This document shows, piece after piece, positions 19,377-31,700 of a stretch of 64,000 bases of DNA; position 1 is the stretch's first letter; each line of letters starts with the position of its first letter. The notes beneath the pieces were generated by a model. It was not told the DNA's origin, searched no databases, and saw nothing but the letters and a program-made list of their open reading frames with translations. Source of the stretch: Candidatus Poribacteria bacterium. GTDB taxonomy: Bacteria > Poribacteria > WGA-4E > JAJDTR01. The stretch is from positions 4,960,001-5,024,000 of the forward strand of contig CBDCTK010000002.1 in NCBI GenBank assembly GCA_965222225.1. Direction: 5' to 3'. The position numbers and the translations under genes were made by a program.

Positions 19377-22004
19377 TCATCTCGCTGAGGACAGACGATC
19401 TATCAACGACTTCTTAATCTCGTCTAGTCGCTGTAAATTTGTAATCTTGTAGCCGTCTTGCTCCGTGACATAGAATGAATCCATGGCCGTAAAGCCTTCT
19501 GTGGTAATCTTGGCGATTCGGATGTCAAGATTCAGATTGTAAAATGTATCCGAGATAGCGTAAAGTAAACCGACTTGATCTTGCGCACGGATGTCGATAA
19601 TTGTTGCTAGAGAGGAGCCACTATTATCAATCGTAATCCTGGAGGACAAATTGCGCCGTCCCCTGCTTTGCGGATTTTCATCCTCTTGCTTTTGAATGGC
19701 GGCTTCAAAATCAACGTTTCCGCCCCAAACGCCCTCAAGTGCCTGGGTGATTCGTTCGCGCTGTTCAGGACTTAGGCTTTTTCGACTTGATTCGTCCGTA
19801 AGATTCACTGCGTCAATAACAAGTCCGTCGTAACGTGTTTCGATTTCTGCACTCATGATATTCGCGTTTTCCGAGGCTAGGACCCCGGTAATCTGACGGA
19901 AGGTCCCACGCTTATCCCGAGTACAGATTCCGATCTGTGTGTGAGTTTCGACTTCTTTAAAACAGGAAACCGCGATGGGTTTATCTCCAAGCTGGTGAAC
20001 GAGTTGAATCTGTTTGCTGATAAATCCGGGCGAATTTCCCGCCAATTCCTGATCGGGCATCATCTCGAAGTGCCGCTGAATCAGGTCTTTCCCAACAGAT
20101 TCACCGATGAGTGCGATAACCTCTTTCTGCAGCTCGTCTAATTTTAGACGATAGGACTCGCCCCGGAGGAATTTCACTGTACGTTGGTAGAGTTCTCGCA
20201 GTAGAACTGCGCTCCACTCCGTCCAGATGCCAGCACTGACAGCGCGGAGATCTGCAAATGTCAGTAGGTATAGCATCATGGCGTTCTGTTCGTTTCCAAC
20301 TAGCTTGGCGAATTGTTCAATGGTTGTCGGATCGTCAAGATCCCGTTGCCGAGAAGTATAATGCATGTCAAGGTGCCGCGCAATCAGGAACAGCACGGTT
20401 TTGCGATCAGGCTCCGGCAGCCCTAAGCGGTCCAACATCGCTTTTGCCGCTTCCACGCTTCGTTCGTCATGGTTTCCGGGCCCTTCTATTCCTTTGCCAA
20501 CATCGTGGAATAGGACTGCCAGTCGCAATAACTCCGGCTTTTCTAGCGAGTTCAGCATCTCTATGAAATGCTTGCCGTCCTTCATTCCCGCGAGCGTTTT
20601 CTCCTCCAAGTTTTCTATCGCGTACATTGTATGTTCATCAACGGTGTATTGGTGTGGACGGTCATAACGGACGAGGGATCGAATCTTGCCAAACTCGGGC
20701 AGGTACCGGTCCAGTACCTGCCAACGGTGCATTCGGCGCAGCGTCTCGGCGACGCGTGTTGGATTGCCCAAGATTGAAAGGAATATTCTTGCGTTCTCAC
20801 GAGTGCGTCGAAAGTCCTCATCAATGAGCGCCAGGTTAGCGGCAATTTCGTACCGCACATCGGCACCAACACGATAACCAAGCCTTTGTCTATGAACGAA
20901 CAACTTCATGATGCGGGTCGGATCGGTTGAAAAGCCCGAGTATCCCGGCTGGAAGCAGATTTCCTTCCGACTGACGAGGAAGCCATCAGACAATCTTACG
21001 GAACGTAATCGGTTGAGCGCTCGACTGCCCGGCCGTGCTTTGTACTTCACGAGGTCGATGATGAGTTTGGCAAATTCGAATAGATGCTCGGCGTGCAGAT
21101 AGTAGTCTCGCATCATCGCTTCCTCAGCAAGGACATTTCCTTCGTCGGTGTACCCCAGGTTTTTAGCCATGGTATGTTGCACCTCGAACGCGAGTTGGTC
21201 GCTCCTGCGCTTCGTCACGTAATGGAGTTCGTTGCGGAGTCGCCACAGAAAATCAAGCGATGCCTCGCATGCTTCCGCGACTTGCGAAGGAACAATCTTG
21301 CGTTTTGCGAGATCAGCCAGCTCTTTAATTCCGTATCGTACGGCTGCGACCCAGATGGCGGTGTGAAAATCCCTAAGTCCACCGACGCTTTCCTTGATAT
21401 TTGGTTCTTGCAGATAGATGGTTGAACCGTATGACTGGTGACGTTCATTCCACTCACGAATCGTCTGAGCGATGAATTTGTTGATTTGCCGCTTGTAGAA
21501 GTGTTTCGATGTTTGATTTTGGAACTGTTGGTGCACCGTTTTGGCGCCGGTGATGTAACGCGCCTCAATCATAGAGGTTTTCGAGAACAGGTCTTGATAC
21601 GTTGCTTTGATGCAGTCTTTGATCGATCTGCAACTGTGTCCTACGTCAAATCCGACATCCCAAAGCATGGCAATAAGTTGATTTGCGAATGGTTCTATTT
21701 GCGATGTTGAGAGTTTGGAGTTGTCGTAGACCAGCATCACGTCAATGTCTGAATGCGGGTTGAGCGCCACTCGGCCGTATCCCCCAACAGCGAGAATGAC
21801 GAGCGGCATTTCTTTCGAGAGAATCCCGCCTTGTATGCTCGCTTGGTAGATTCGTTGGATTACGTTATCTGCGAGGCGGGAATATTCTTCGACTATCTCC
21901 GTCCCCCTAATTCCGAATCGATGGCGATTCTCTATGCGTGTGCGTTCTTGTACGCAGAACGCCTTCAGTTGTTTGACGAGTGTTTGGTTATGTAACTGTT
22001 CCAT
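19377..22004 (-). CDS. glnD: [Protein-PII] uridylyltransferase / uridylyl-removing enzyme, paralogue 2
   Basis: AVGGYGR...PHSDID, EPNIKESVGGLRD, HQYTVDEH, HDVGKG, ACT domains. Confidence 0.93.
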   Translation of the reverse strand: MEQLHNQTLVKQLKAFCVQERTRIENRHRFGIRGTEIVEEYSRLADNVIQRIYQASIQGGILSKEMPLVILAVGGYGRVALNPHSDIDVMLVYDNSKLSTSQIEPFANQLIAMLWDVGFDVGHSCRSIKDCIKATYQDLFSKTSMIEARYITGAKTVHQQFQNQTSKHFYKRQINKFIAQTIREWNERHQSYGSTIYLQEPNIKESVGGLRDFHTAIWVAAVRYGIKELADLAKRKIVPSQVAEACEASLDFLWRLRNELHYVTKRRSDQLAFEVQHTMAKNLGYTDEGNVLAEEAMMRDYYLHAEHLFEFAKLIIDLVKYKARPGSRALNRLRSVRLSDGFLVSRKEICFQPGYSGFSTDPTRIMKLFVHRQRLGYRVGADVRYEIAANLALIDEDFRRTRENARIFLSILGNPTRVAETLRRMHRWQVLDRYLPEFGKIRSLVRYDRPHQYTVDEHTMYAIENLEEKTLAGMKDGKHFIEMLNSLEKPELLRLAVLFHDVGKGIEGPGNHDERSVEAAKAMLDRLGLPEPDRKTVLFLIARHLDMHYTSRQRDLDDPTTIEQFAKLVGNEQNAMMLYLLTFADLRAVSAGIWTEWSAVLLRELYQRTVKFLRGESYRLKLDELQKEVIALIGESVGKDLIQRHFEMMPDQELAGNSPGFISKQIQLVHQLGDKPIAVSCFKEVETHTQIGICTRDKRGTFRQITGVLASENANIMSAEIETRYDGLVIDAVNLTDESSRKSLSPEQRERITQALEGVWGGNVDFEAAIQKQEDENPQSRGRRNLSSRITIDNSGSSLATIIDIRAQDQVGLLYAISDTFYNLNLDIRIAKITTEGFTAMDSFYVTEQDGYKITNLQRLDEIKKSLIDRLSSAR

Positions 22005-22049
22005 CTATTTTGTCGGATAATCTCCCTTGGTTTATTGCTTTTGTACTCA

Positions 22050-23030
22050 TTATGTAACCACGTTGCGTGGTTGTCCTTGCAGGAACGCAATGACGTTGTC
22101 CACCGCCCCCTCGTTGAGGAGATCCACTCCCTCGGGGGTCATGTCTGCGCAGTGAGGCGTAAGTACGACCTGCTCGCAGCCAAGGAGCGGATGGTCCGCA
22201 GGTATCGGCTCTTGATCGAAAACGTCAATTGCCGCGCCGCCGAGGTGTCCGCTATTCAGAGCACCAACGAGGGCATTCGTATCAACGATGGGGCCACGTG
22301 CAACATTCACTAGAAGTGTGTTGGGTTTCATGAGATCGAACTGTGGTTTCCCGATTAGACTTCGACTGTCGTCGGTGAGTTTAGCGTGTATGCTGACCAC
22401 GTCCGCCGTGCGGAGTAGTTCATCCAAGCCTACGAATTTAACGCCGAGCTTCTCCGCCCGCTCCGGCGAGGGGTGGTACGTCCACGCGATGACATTCATG
22501 CCAATCGCACCACCGAGGCGCGCCATTTCGGCGCCAATGTTTCCCGTGCCTATAATCCCCAAGGTTTTCCCGTGCAGATAGATATGGTCCACCCGTGGCC
22601 ACCGACCGGCACGCATTGATTCCGTAAAAAACGCGGCTCTTTTTGCAATAGCCAACATCAAGCCAAATGCCTGTTCAGCGACGACGGGCGCCGTGCGCCC
22701 CGGCTGGTTGTTGACAGTAATGCCGAGTTCTTTTGCCGCCTCCAGATCTATCATGTCTGTACCGATGGAACAGGTTGAAATCAGGCGTAATTTTGGCAAC
22801 TGATGGAGAATCTCCGAGGGCCATGTGACCATTCCGCGCGAGTTGATTATGATGTCCGCGTCACCTGCGCGTTTGAGTTTCTCTTTGGCGCATGGGCAGC
22901 GGTCGGCGTACAGCACAACGTCGGCATAGGGGTCTAAGCGCTTAAGGTGGGGTGAGCCCTGAATCTGCGGCGGGTTGTCGCCCGGAACCACAACTTTGGG
23001 TCGGTCTGATGAAGTGTTCTGCATAATCAC
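22050..23030 (-). CDS. D-isomer-specific 2-hydroxyacid dehydrogenase
   Basis: GIIGTGNIG, LVNVARGPIVD, DVFDQEP, LTPH. Confidence 0.92.
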   Translation of the reverse strand: MIMQNTSSDRPKVVVPGDNPPQIQGSPHLKRLDPYADVVLYADRCPCAKEKLKRAGDADIIINSRGMVTWPSEILHQLPKLRLISTCSIGTDMIDLEAAKELGITVNNQPGRTAPVVAEQAFGLMLAIAKRAAFFTESMRAGRWPRVDHIYLHGKTLGIIGTGNIGAEMARLGGAIGMNVIAWTYHPSPERAEKLGVKFVGLDELLRTADVVSIHAKLTDDSRSLIGKPQFDLMKPNTLLVNVARGPIVDTNALVGALNSGHLGGAAIDVFDQEPIPADHPLLGCEQVVLTPHCADMTPEGVDLLNEGAVDNVIAFLQGQPRNVVT

Positions 23031-23089
23031 CGGTTGGTGGAGGAGAAAGATTTACCATTCAGTAATTGCATTTATGGGCAGTGGCGAAC

Positions 23090-23941
23090 CTAGATGTCCG
23101 CTTGCACCCAAACCTTATCCAACGATTCAAGGCTGATTTTCGCCGCGGTGTTCGGAGGCATCGCTTCCACTTCATCGTTGCACGGCTCGGGCGTCACCGG
23201 TCCATCGTAGCCAATTCGATCCAGTATTTGCAGTATCTCTGCCGCGGGAATCACTCCCGTCTCCCCGGGCAGGCAGCGTTCATCGTCAAGTTGGTCATCG
23301 GGATTGATGCCCGCTGGCGCGTCGTTGATTTGGACGTAAATTACCTCGTTCTTGGTCAACCTCCGCACGTCATCCAGTGTGGAACGGCAGGTGTACCAGT
23401 GCCAGGTGTCGAAGAGGAGTCCGACGTTGCCGGTGCCGATAGTTGCGGCGAGGTCCAGAACAACATTCATGTCGTATGCAAACGAGAAGCGGTGCATCCT
23501 GCGACTTGCGGCGGGCCCTATAAATTCCAATCCGAGTGAATGGCCGTAGGCGTTCAGTATCTCGGCGGCGGGTTTCAGGCGTCTGATGTGGAAATCCCAA
23601 TTTTCATTAAACGGTGCATTGCTCCAGTTGAAGACCTGTGTCGTTGTGCGGTGGCAGCCGAGGTCTGCGGCGAGCTGTGCCAGTGTTGGGAATGCCTTCA
23701 AGCCATCCTGAAATTCGGCATCGCCCCCTTTCCAATCAATGGGGAATTCCCAGCCGCCCATTTTTAGGCCGAATTCGGCCCACAGGTCTCTGACGTAATC
23801 AATCGAATGTTGCTTCGTTAGCCTGCTTGCTTCGTCTATGTCGAGGTCAAGCCCGTCAAAGCCGGCAGACTTCGCGAGTTTCAGGTTTTCTCGTATACCG
23901 GTCTGAATGCCGATTGCCGGAGGGCACAGATTCTTGAACAT
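23090..23941 (-). CDS. Sugar phosphate isomerase/epimerase (xylose-isomerase-like TIM barrel)
   Basis: LGLEF, LLFDTWH, QIND, RCLPGETG, GYDGPVTPE. Confidence 0.88.
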   Translation of the reverse strand: MFKNLCPPAIGIQTGIRENLKLAKSAGFDGLDLDIDEASRLTKQHSIDYVRDLWAEFGLKMGGWEFPIDWKGGDAEFQDGLKAFPTLAQLAADLGCHRTTTQVFNWSNAPFNENWDFHIRRLKPAAEILNAYGHSLGLEFIGPAASRRMHRFSFAYDMNVVLDLAATIGTGNVGLLFDTWHWYTCRSTLDDVRRLTKNEVIYVQINDAPAGINPDDQLDDERCLPGETGVIPAAEILQILDRIGYDGPVTPEPCNDEVEAMPPNTAAKISLESLDKVWVQADI

Positions 23942-24042
23942 GCTTCGTTTATCGTTTTACCTTGTGTTCGACGGTAAAAAAAGTTTAGCAGGGAAGGGGT
24001 TTCTGGCCAAGGGTTTAATGGCAAACCACATGCAATCCTTGA

Positions 24043-24334
24043 GAACCTGTTTGAAAACCCTGGACACGATTTGAAGAATGTAGTTTGACACTCTGAGAAA
24101 ATTTCATACTTTTCATACTTTTCATACTTTTCATACCAAATGGGGTTTTTCAATGGAAACTAAAAGAGGGCGATAACCCTTAGCTATGACTAGCTTCTGC
24201 AGGGTTTCGACATTAAGGCTATAGGAACGTTGGTATGAAATTTTGGTATGAAACGCTAGTTGCCACCCAGGACAATTTCAAGTCTCACATTGACGCTATT
24301 TTTCAAAAGAGAAAATGATTTTTCAAACAAGTTC
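24043..24334. mobile_element. MITE-like element with GAACCTGTTTGAAAA / TTTTCAAACAAGTTC ends; contains a (TTTCATACT)n tandem repeat
   Basis: Ends match those of the element at 892-1272; about four copies of the 9-mer at 24102-24137. Confidence 0.55.
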
Positions 24335-24503
24335 TGGGCTTTACTTTGTACGTTTAAGCGACACAACAGGCACCGATAATCAAGTGTTTCCAAAAAGCGA
24401 ACGAGATTTTGATTCTCTCGGCTTTTTGCCAGACCATTGAAAAAGTCGGCGGCGGTTGTTGATAGTGTACAACCTGTGAAAATCTCTATCACACGCGTTA
24501 TGA

Positions 24504-24692
24504 GATCTCTATCGCGCTCGTTATCTACTCCCTTGATCTCGCTTGATTCACGCTGGGACTTTGATGTGAGGCACCTCAGCATTACTATACACCTGAAGAT
24601 CTCTATCGCACTCGCTAATCGATCATTCGATCGCTCGTTGTTCGGTCGCTTGATCGCACCCTACAAGAAATGGTGGGCGGTGCCCACCCTAC
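24504..24692 (-). repeat. Cluster of GA-hairpin units and GTAG-REPs
   Basis: Units at 24504-24538 and 24598-24655; REP GGTGGGCGGTGCCCACCCTAC. Confidence 0.75.
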
Positions 24693-24783
24693 AAATGTAC
24701 AAAGTTGAGCTGAGAGGTAACCACAGGGCGTGAGTTCCACGGGCATAGGGCACCCAAAAGATTTCCCCTAGGGTATGAGAGAA

Positions 24784-27373
24784 TCAACTTCCATCGCCCA
24801 GTGATAATACGGATTCGAGGGCTTCCCTGAACTCGTTCTCATCGCGGTTGTTGTAGAACGGCACACCGATTAAGCGGTATTTCTTATTGTTGAACTCCAA
24901 TCGTCTGCCTTTAAAATGGGAGGTGATTTCTGCTAGGAATTTCTCCTTCCATCGATCGTGCTCTCGGAGGTGCGCCCCTTTCGGTTCAATGAAGAGTTGG
25001 TAAACCGACATCTCCCCATTTTTCTCACGCAGGAAGAGGGCAAAATCGGGTTGGAAGGCTCTTCCATCGGAGAAACTATAGATGGCGAAATGTCCCTCGT
25101 TGCGGAGGAGGTAGATTTCGTCGTACTGTTCCTCTAGCTGAATGATGAACCTATCAAGCATACGCACGAAGGCTTTTTCTTCGCTTGTGCCGTAGATGGT
25201 GTTGTTGGCGAACCAGTCTCTGGAAGACACGAAGTGCGCAAATTGTGAGTCGTCTTCGGCACGGGGATTGTTGGCGTCAAATTTCAAGACTTTGTCTTTG
25301 AAGACTTCTCGCACCCAGTTACCCCGAAACTCCTGGGTGCCTTCGTAATCCGTTGTTTGATCGCGCACTTCCGATTCAATTTCACTTAACAAGCCCGACA
25401 CCGCAGCCAGTTTTTCTTCGGGGTCCTCGTCCAATCCGTACAGGTTACCTTCAAAGGTAATCTCCAACCCGCCGAGATAGTCTTCGGAAGTGATGAATTC
25501 GCGGATTGAAGTGAGATGGGGAAAATAGCGTTTGAGCGATACCAAGGTGAAAAACGGATTGCGAGCCATTGCGGCTTGGACTATGTTTCGCCCGAGATTT
25601 CGTATCTTTACATCCCTTCGGTTCTCGTCGTGGAGCACGGACGCTTGACCATCTGTTTCGAAAACTGCCTGCGCGTCGCCTTGACCCGTGGCAATCCGAT
25701 GGACGTAGTTCCTTCGCGTCACACCCAGATCGTTAAACGAATTCACATGCCGGTAATCCTTGGGGCAGCGGGCGTTGAGCCAGACGACGCCGTATTTGTA
25801 GAAGTCGGTGCGCTTGAACGGTTGCTTGAGCTTTAACTCACGGGTTACCTCTCTGCTGTCCATCATCCCTTCTTCTACCAATGCGGTACGGAGTTGGCCA
25901 ATGTAGTTGGAATCGTTGATGCTGTGGTAGTGCAACTCCTCAATGACACGGAGTTCGTGGCCAAGGTCGCCGTCGAATTTTCGGCGGAACCGCTCATCGT
26001 TGTCCGGCAGAACAAAGGGGAAATAACGTGCGCCGCGCCCGATGAGTTGGGCGTCGGATGTAGTAGTCTGTGTGACGCCACTAGTTGCGGAACCAGGCGA
26101 TTCGTTGCAACGGACGATATCGAACAGATTTAGCACGTCCCAGCCTTCGGTGAGTTTCTTCACGGCGAAGATAGCGCGAATACGATTTCCCCGATCTTCA
26201 AGGGTGTTGACCAGAATCTGATAGTTTTCTTTCTCTTGTTTCTTGTTCACCGAGAGACAGTAATTTTCTTGAAATTCCCGTTTCAGGAGCGTCGCCAACT
26301 CGTCGTCGCTGGTTCCTTCCGCGTCGAAAAATTGAAACGCCCGTTGAACGGCTGGTATATTCGATCGGCGAATGGTCCTCACTTGTTCAGCCGTGAGTTC
26401 ATCAATCAGGCGATGAAAGTTGGCTTTGTTCTGTATTGACTGTTCAATTGTACGATGCGCTTTGAAGAGGATTACCGGTTTGAGATCAATCCGATAATCG
26501 CTCTTTGCAGCCACCTCCCGTTTGTACTAATTGAGAATAAGCGCCTGCAGGGTACGTTGGTTGAAATCGAAATCGGATTGGACGATGACGACATCTTTCG
26601 AAAATCCGTCGTTGCGGAATTGGAGCAGGTCGTAACGGTTGATAACCTTGTTTTTATACTTTTGCACCATCGCAGGCGTTTCGTAGTCGTGGGTTGCGGT
26701 AAATTCTAGCAGCAAGTTGTCTCGGTTTTGGTGAAAGATGCGCTCGACGGTGTTCTCCCAACTGTCAAACAACTCCTGCTCAGATCTGGTGCTAACGTTC
26801 ATGTGATGGGCTTCATCGGCAATCAGGACGACGCTTTGCCCTCGGAAGTCTTCAAAGGTGATGGCATTCTCTCTCGCGGTTGTTAGATCGGAGTGGAGTT
26901 TTTGAATGGTAGTGAAACAGATGTTTATGTCGTTGTTGTTGGCGTCTTCAAAGTTGGCGACTGGCGTCACGGAAACCTGATGGCTGCCGAAATGAATGGG
27001 TTCATTGAACAGGTATTTGGATGAGAGGGGATTGAGAAAGTTGTCCTTCGTCTTTTCGATGATATTGGTGGCATTGACGAAGAAGAGGAAATTACGATAG
27101 CCCTTTTCGTAGAGGTAGAGAATCAGACCTGCCATAATGAGGGTTTTGCCGCTGCCGGTTGCCATGTTGAAGAGAAGATGCCCACAGGGGACGTTCTTTT
27201 CCCGGAAAGTCATTGTCCAGACAGTGAAAGAAGCGTGCAAATGCCTCTCCTTGGTATGGGCGCAACTCGAATTTGGGGTTTAGGTTCTCCTTGATCCAAT
27301 CGGGAGTTTCAATCTTCAAAAATCCCAATTGTATCGCAGAATTGAGGTCTTGATATAGGAAATTAGCAGGCAT
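24784..27373 (-). pseudogene. res: Type III restriction enzyme Res subunit, disrupted
   Basis: LRPYQ, FNMATGSGKT, ADEAHH, FTAT, EGWDVLNLFDI, QLIGRGAR, FQPDF...IEPKG; frameshift near 27190 and in-frame TAG at 26527-26529. Confidence 0.88.
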
Positions 27374-28000
27374 TGATGTTCCATTTAGCGTAAGGTGTGG
27401 TTTATTTTCCAAATAGATAGCGCTTATGGGGCGTTTTGGTGATTGTCTGAACTTTGATTTATAGGATTATGGGATTACGTTGATTGTCAGTGTTTATAAC
27501 ATTTCTCTAAAATGACAGTGCATTTACGGGGTGAATTAAGCGCATATTTGACAAAGAGGCAGTACAGCCATTTCCGGTTATAAGACGGTCGCCGAACACG
27601 GATTCCATGTTGATTTGATGGTCGCATAAGGTTGATTGGAAATCCACAATCGCCCCCTACAACGGTGCGAATCAGCGAAACTACAGCGAGAAAAGAGATG
27701 CCAACGGAACGTCGATTTAAGCGGCGTGTTGGCATTTTCTGAAATGGAGGTTTCCTTTGGTAGTGCGGGTTCTCAGCAATCCTAATGCTAACAAAATGCT
27801 AACAGAAAAAAAGTTTGGCTGCGATGACGGTTTGTCATCCTACGAATGGCATTAGCCATAGTTCCATGTAAGGAGGACGGCGGGCACAAAGAGGGAAAAT
27901 CGACGATTTGATGATCGTCGATCCGACCTTACTCGGTTAGCGAATTGCATGCTCGATGCCTACCGATTACGTTCTATTGCTGTAGAGAGTTTCTCATTCC

Positions 28001-28103
28001 ATTTCTATCGCACGGGATTTCCTATGGGATCTACTACCGCCTTGGGATCACTATCGCACTCGCTATCCGCTTGCTTGATCCCTCCTTATCCAGTCGGTTG
28101 ATC
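28001..28103 (-). repeat. Tandem GA-hairpin units plus truncated GATAGAAATCCC-type units
   Basis: Reverse strand GATCAA-CC-GA-CT-GGATA-AG-GA-GG followed directly by a second unit. Confidence 0.75.
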
Positions 28104-28731
28104 GTATGAAAAGGTGCATGATAATGTTGATCCATCGCCCTTTTGCGGCGGTTTTGGGTGAACTTGTCCCCATTTTTTTGTAAAAATACCCCGAAAAAAT
28201 AGGTACAGAAATGTGAACGGAGCGTCGATTTCAAGGGGGTGTTCACATGGTTTGATTTCGTACTTTCCTTTGATAGTGCGGGTTCACCTGCCTGCAAATG
28301 TGAACAAGATGTTAACAGAAAAAAAAGATCGTCGGCGCGAAGGTAAATTCGAGGCATGGGAAAAGACTAAGGCCCAACCCGTTAGGGCAGGGCAGATTGG
28401 CGATTTACAGAGTAGCGTATTGACTGCGCCACTCATCAGATTACTCCATATTATACTATACAGGTGTAAAGTTATCAATGCCAAAGCAGCGGTTCGCAGA
28501 TTTGGACGTGATCTGTATGGGAGTTCTATCGCACACATTGTACATTGGCTTTATCCCTTGTCAGGGGGGAATTGTCATCGGCTGCGAAACAAGACGGTCG
28601 CCCTGTATTCGCGCCTAAAATCAATAGACCGAACAGTTACGATTGTCCTCGTATATTCCTTCGCGGCTGACTGCGTAATCGGAGAGTGGGAGTCAATCGG
28701 GACCAACAAATTCCATGAATTTGTCTGCCAG

Positions 28732-31700
28732 TTAATCTGCCAGAGCCTTTAAATCAAGCCTGCCCGTGCGGAGGAGGTTTTCATGGGCGCGGGCCGCATC
28801 CCGACGCACATTCTCGTCGCTGCTTTCGATTCCGGCTTTCAGGATAGTTTTTGCTCCTTCAGTGTAGATGTCAATGGCGTCATCTCTGAATCCATCTGTT
28901 AGCTTTGTGAAGCAGGCAACTACTTCCGCAGTATAATCCGGAAGCATCTCGCACAAAGCGTCAATCTGAATTGCGACCGCCATATCTTCCGCTTTGCATG
29001 TGTCCAGAACCTTTGAGTATGCACTTAATCGCCAGCGGGCATCAAAGCACTTGGCTTTCAACCAGAAGGTAATTCCTCGGAGTTCCTTGGGCTCTTTAGC
29101 GGCTAGACGCCAATTGAAAAACTCGATTATTTTGTTTCGCTGGTTTATATCCAATTGCTCGTTTGTATCCCACAAAGTACGACCGACATACTCAAACAAA
29201 CTCGCCCAAGGCTCAGGATTATCGACTGTAGCTTTGTAGAATTCTTGAAGAAGACTTTCATTTCCTGTAAGAGGATATTTCTCCCACAAATAGAGGAAAA
29301 ATAGGTGTTTTCCAAGGAGAAAAACCGATTGGTTTCCTCGGATGTGGCGCTCTTTGAGTTGAGTCAGATTTTGGAGGGCAAATACATAGTCGTTTTGAAG
29401 TGCCTCAAAAGTGGGTTTGGACGGACCATTATGGCTTAAAAAACCGTTGAATGCTGCCAACCATTTTGAAAAATCTCTCCGTGGGAACAGGTTTGATTTA
29501 TGTGCAGTTGCCCACGCCTCATTGAGGTAAAGAAGCCGCTCGTAGTTCTTTCCCAGAATGGCATATTCCGGCAGTGTCAAAGGATATTCTGCGGTAGGCG
29601 CCAAGCGTTTTTCAAGAATCACCGTGACTTCCGAAACATCGGCAACCGGATCGCTTCTCCGTAACCATAAACCGAAATTGACCAGCGCTTCTAGCGCGCG
29701 ACAACGTGGGGCATTCATGCTTTCATCAATCAGTTCACTTCCCTTCAAATATCGATCTAATCTCCAATCGAATTGTGTGCAGAATATGTCCAAAAGTTTT
29801 GCCAATTGTGCGCGTGCGGAAACGGGCGGGTTTATCTCCTTTCGGAAACATGACTCAATTAAGTCACTCACAGCCCACCGAGAATTGGACCAGTTGGGCT
29901 TATCTCGCGATTCACCGGCGTGTCTATCGTATATTCCGTTCTCAATGTCGTCAGGATGTGAAAGCACCCACTCGCTGAACGCCAACCATTCATCAAGATT
30001 GTCGAAGTTATTCGCTTCAACGCACTCTCGCATCACGTTAATAATCCTTTCCACGAAAACGGGCCTCTCAATCTTGCGGTAATTTTCCATCCAGAACCTG
30101 TGCCTCATGGGGTCTGAGATAATCTGCTCCCTAAAAACGGTTTGAAACGCTCGGGAAAGCCCTTGAATATTGACCTCTATCAGATTGTTACCCTCGAAAG
30201 TGTCTTCATTTTCGTCCCATTCGTTGATGAAGGAAAGTAATTCCTCATCTGTGAGGCTTGTGAGGTCTTCGGGCGAGCGTGGGCTACGGGTAGAAACGAA
30301 TCCAGTCCTTGTCTTAAATGGCGGATAGTCCTCATCGGAAATCAGCGCATTGGCTTCGTCTTCCAATTCTTGGAAATAGGTTTTATATTCGCCAAACAAC
30401 ACAGGTGCAAACGGCCAAAATTGTTTCCGATGAAAACGACGCTGGTTTTGCCTAAACTCTTCCTCGGTAAGGTCATCTTTCGAGGGACCATTACGGATGC
30501 AATCGAAGATACCTTTTAGTTCGTCCTTTGAAAGCAATGCCGAACCGAAATGTTCACAAGCACCGCGTATCATTTTTTGAAATTCATAGCTGTACTCCCA
30601 CCGATCGTAACTTTCGTATTCCCGAATTAGTTCTTGAATCCAGGGTTTGGTCGTCTGAGTTGGGTACTGAGCAAGCAGATGCTGACGCAAGCGTTTGAAT
30701 ATTCGCCATGGTTGTGATCGCAATGCGTCGTCCAGATCGTCAACTGAATCTGGTCTTTTTTCGTAAACCTGCTGACAAGCAAAGGTGAGTGTATAAACAA
30801 GCGATTTTTCAGCATCTTCGTAATCACCCTTAGATTCAGTGAGCCGTTCATACCAATAGTCGGAATAGTCGACTGCTTTGCCAATGTCCTCTTGGTGCAT
30901 TCGAAGACGGACCATATCTGCGGCAGTCTTGATTAGAAGGTGCGCAACCTCACAGGGTTTTTTCGCTGCAAGCGTACGGACGCCGTCGGACAATATCCTG
31001 CGATATTCCATACTGCCAAAACGAGGTGATGGCTCAAGTCGCGTATCCGCTAACATAGCAAGTAGTGAATCTAGGTCTATCGGCTCTTCTTCCCGGCGTT
31101 TGCGCTTGGCTTTATCTTGGGGATCAGGAACAAAACTAACAAGCGCTTTTGCAAGCCTTAATGCAGCGCTTGTTTGGTCCTCTGCCGTCCAATAGGCTAA
31201 CAGATCTGCGAATCGGTACGCCAAGAAGTGGTATTCCAGATTTGCATATTCGAGTATTTTTGGTTCTAGCTTCGCGGAATGAGTCGCAGGGAGTTGAAGT
31301 GCAATTTCCAAAATCTCATTATAGATGCGCGGATTATTAGTCTCGGGAAGTTGTAACACAATTTTAATAACATCGCCTCGCGCATGTAGTGCCATTTTTG
31401 TCAGGTAACGCATGGGCCACCAAAAGGGATAATTGGCGATGCCCTCGCCGATTGGTTCTGCATTTGGCGGATTGGCAAAGTAATCTCCATTGTCAAGGTG
31501 GGACAACCACGCAATATCTGCGTTATCTGCGGCGTACTTAAAGAAAAAAACGTAGTTTGCACCCTTCCGCTCAATGAGTGAAAACATATTTTCTACGTCG
31601 GTTTCAGACCTATTGGCATTCCCGAGAATGGATTGAATTTCCTTCTGATTTTCCGTAGTTATGGGAGCTAGAAGGTCAAACACTGTGTTTTCAAGTCCCT

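Noticed and set aside
24102-24137. (TTTCATACT)n tandem repeat as a phase-variation tract or YEK-repeat ORF
   Set aside because: It lies inside a MITE-like intergenic element, and the overlapping 90-aa ORF has no other support.
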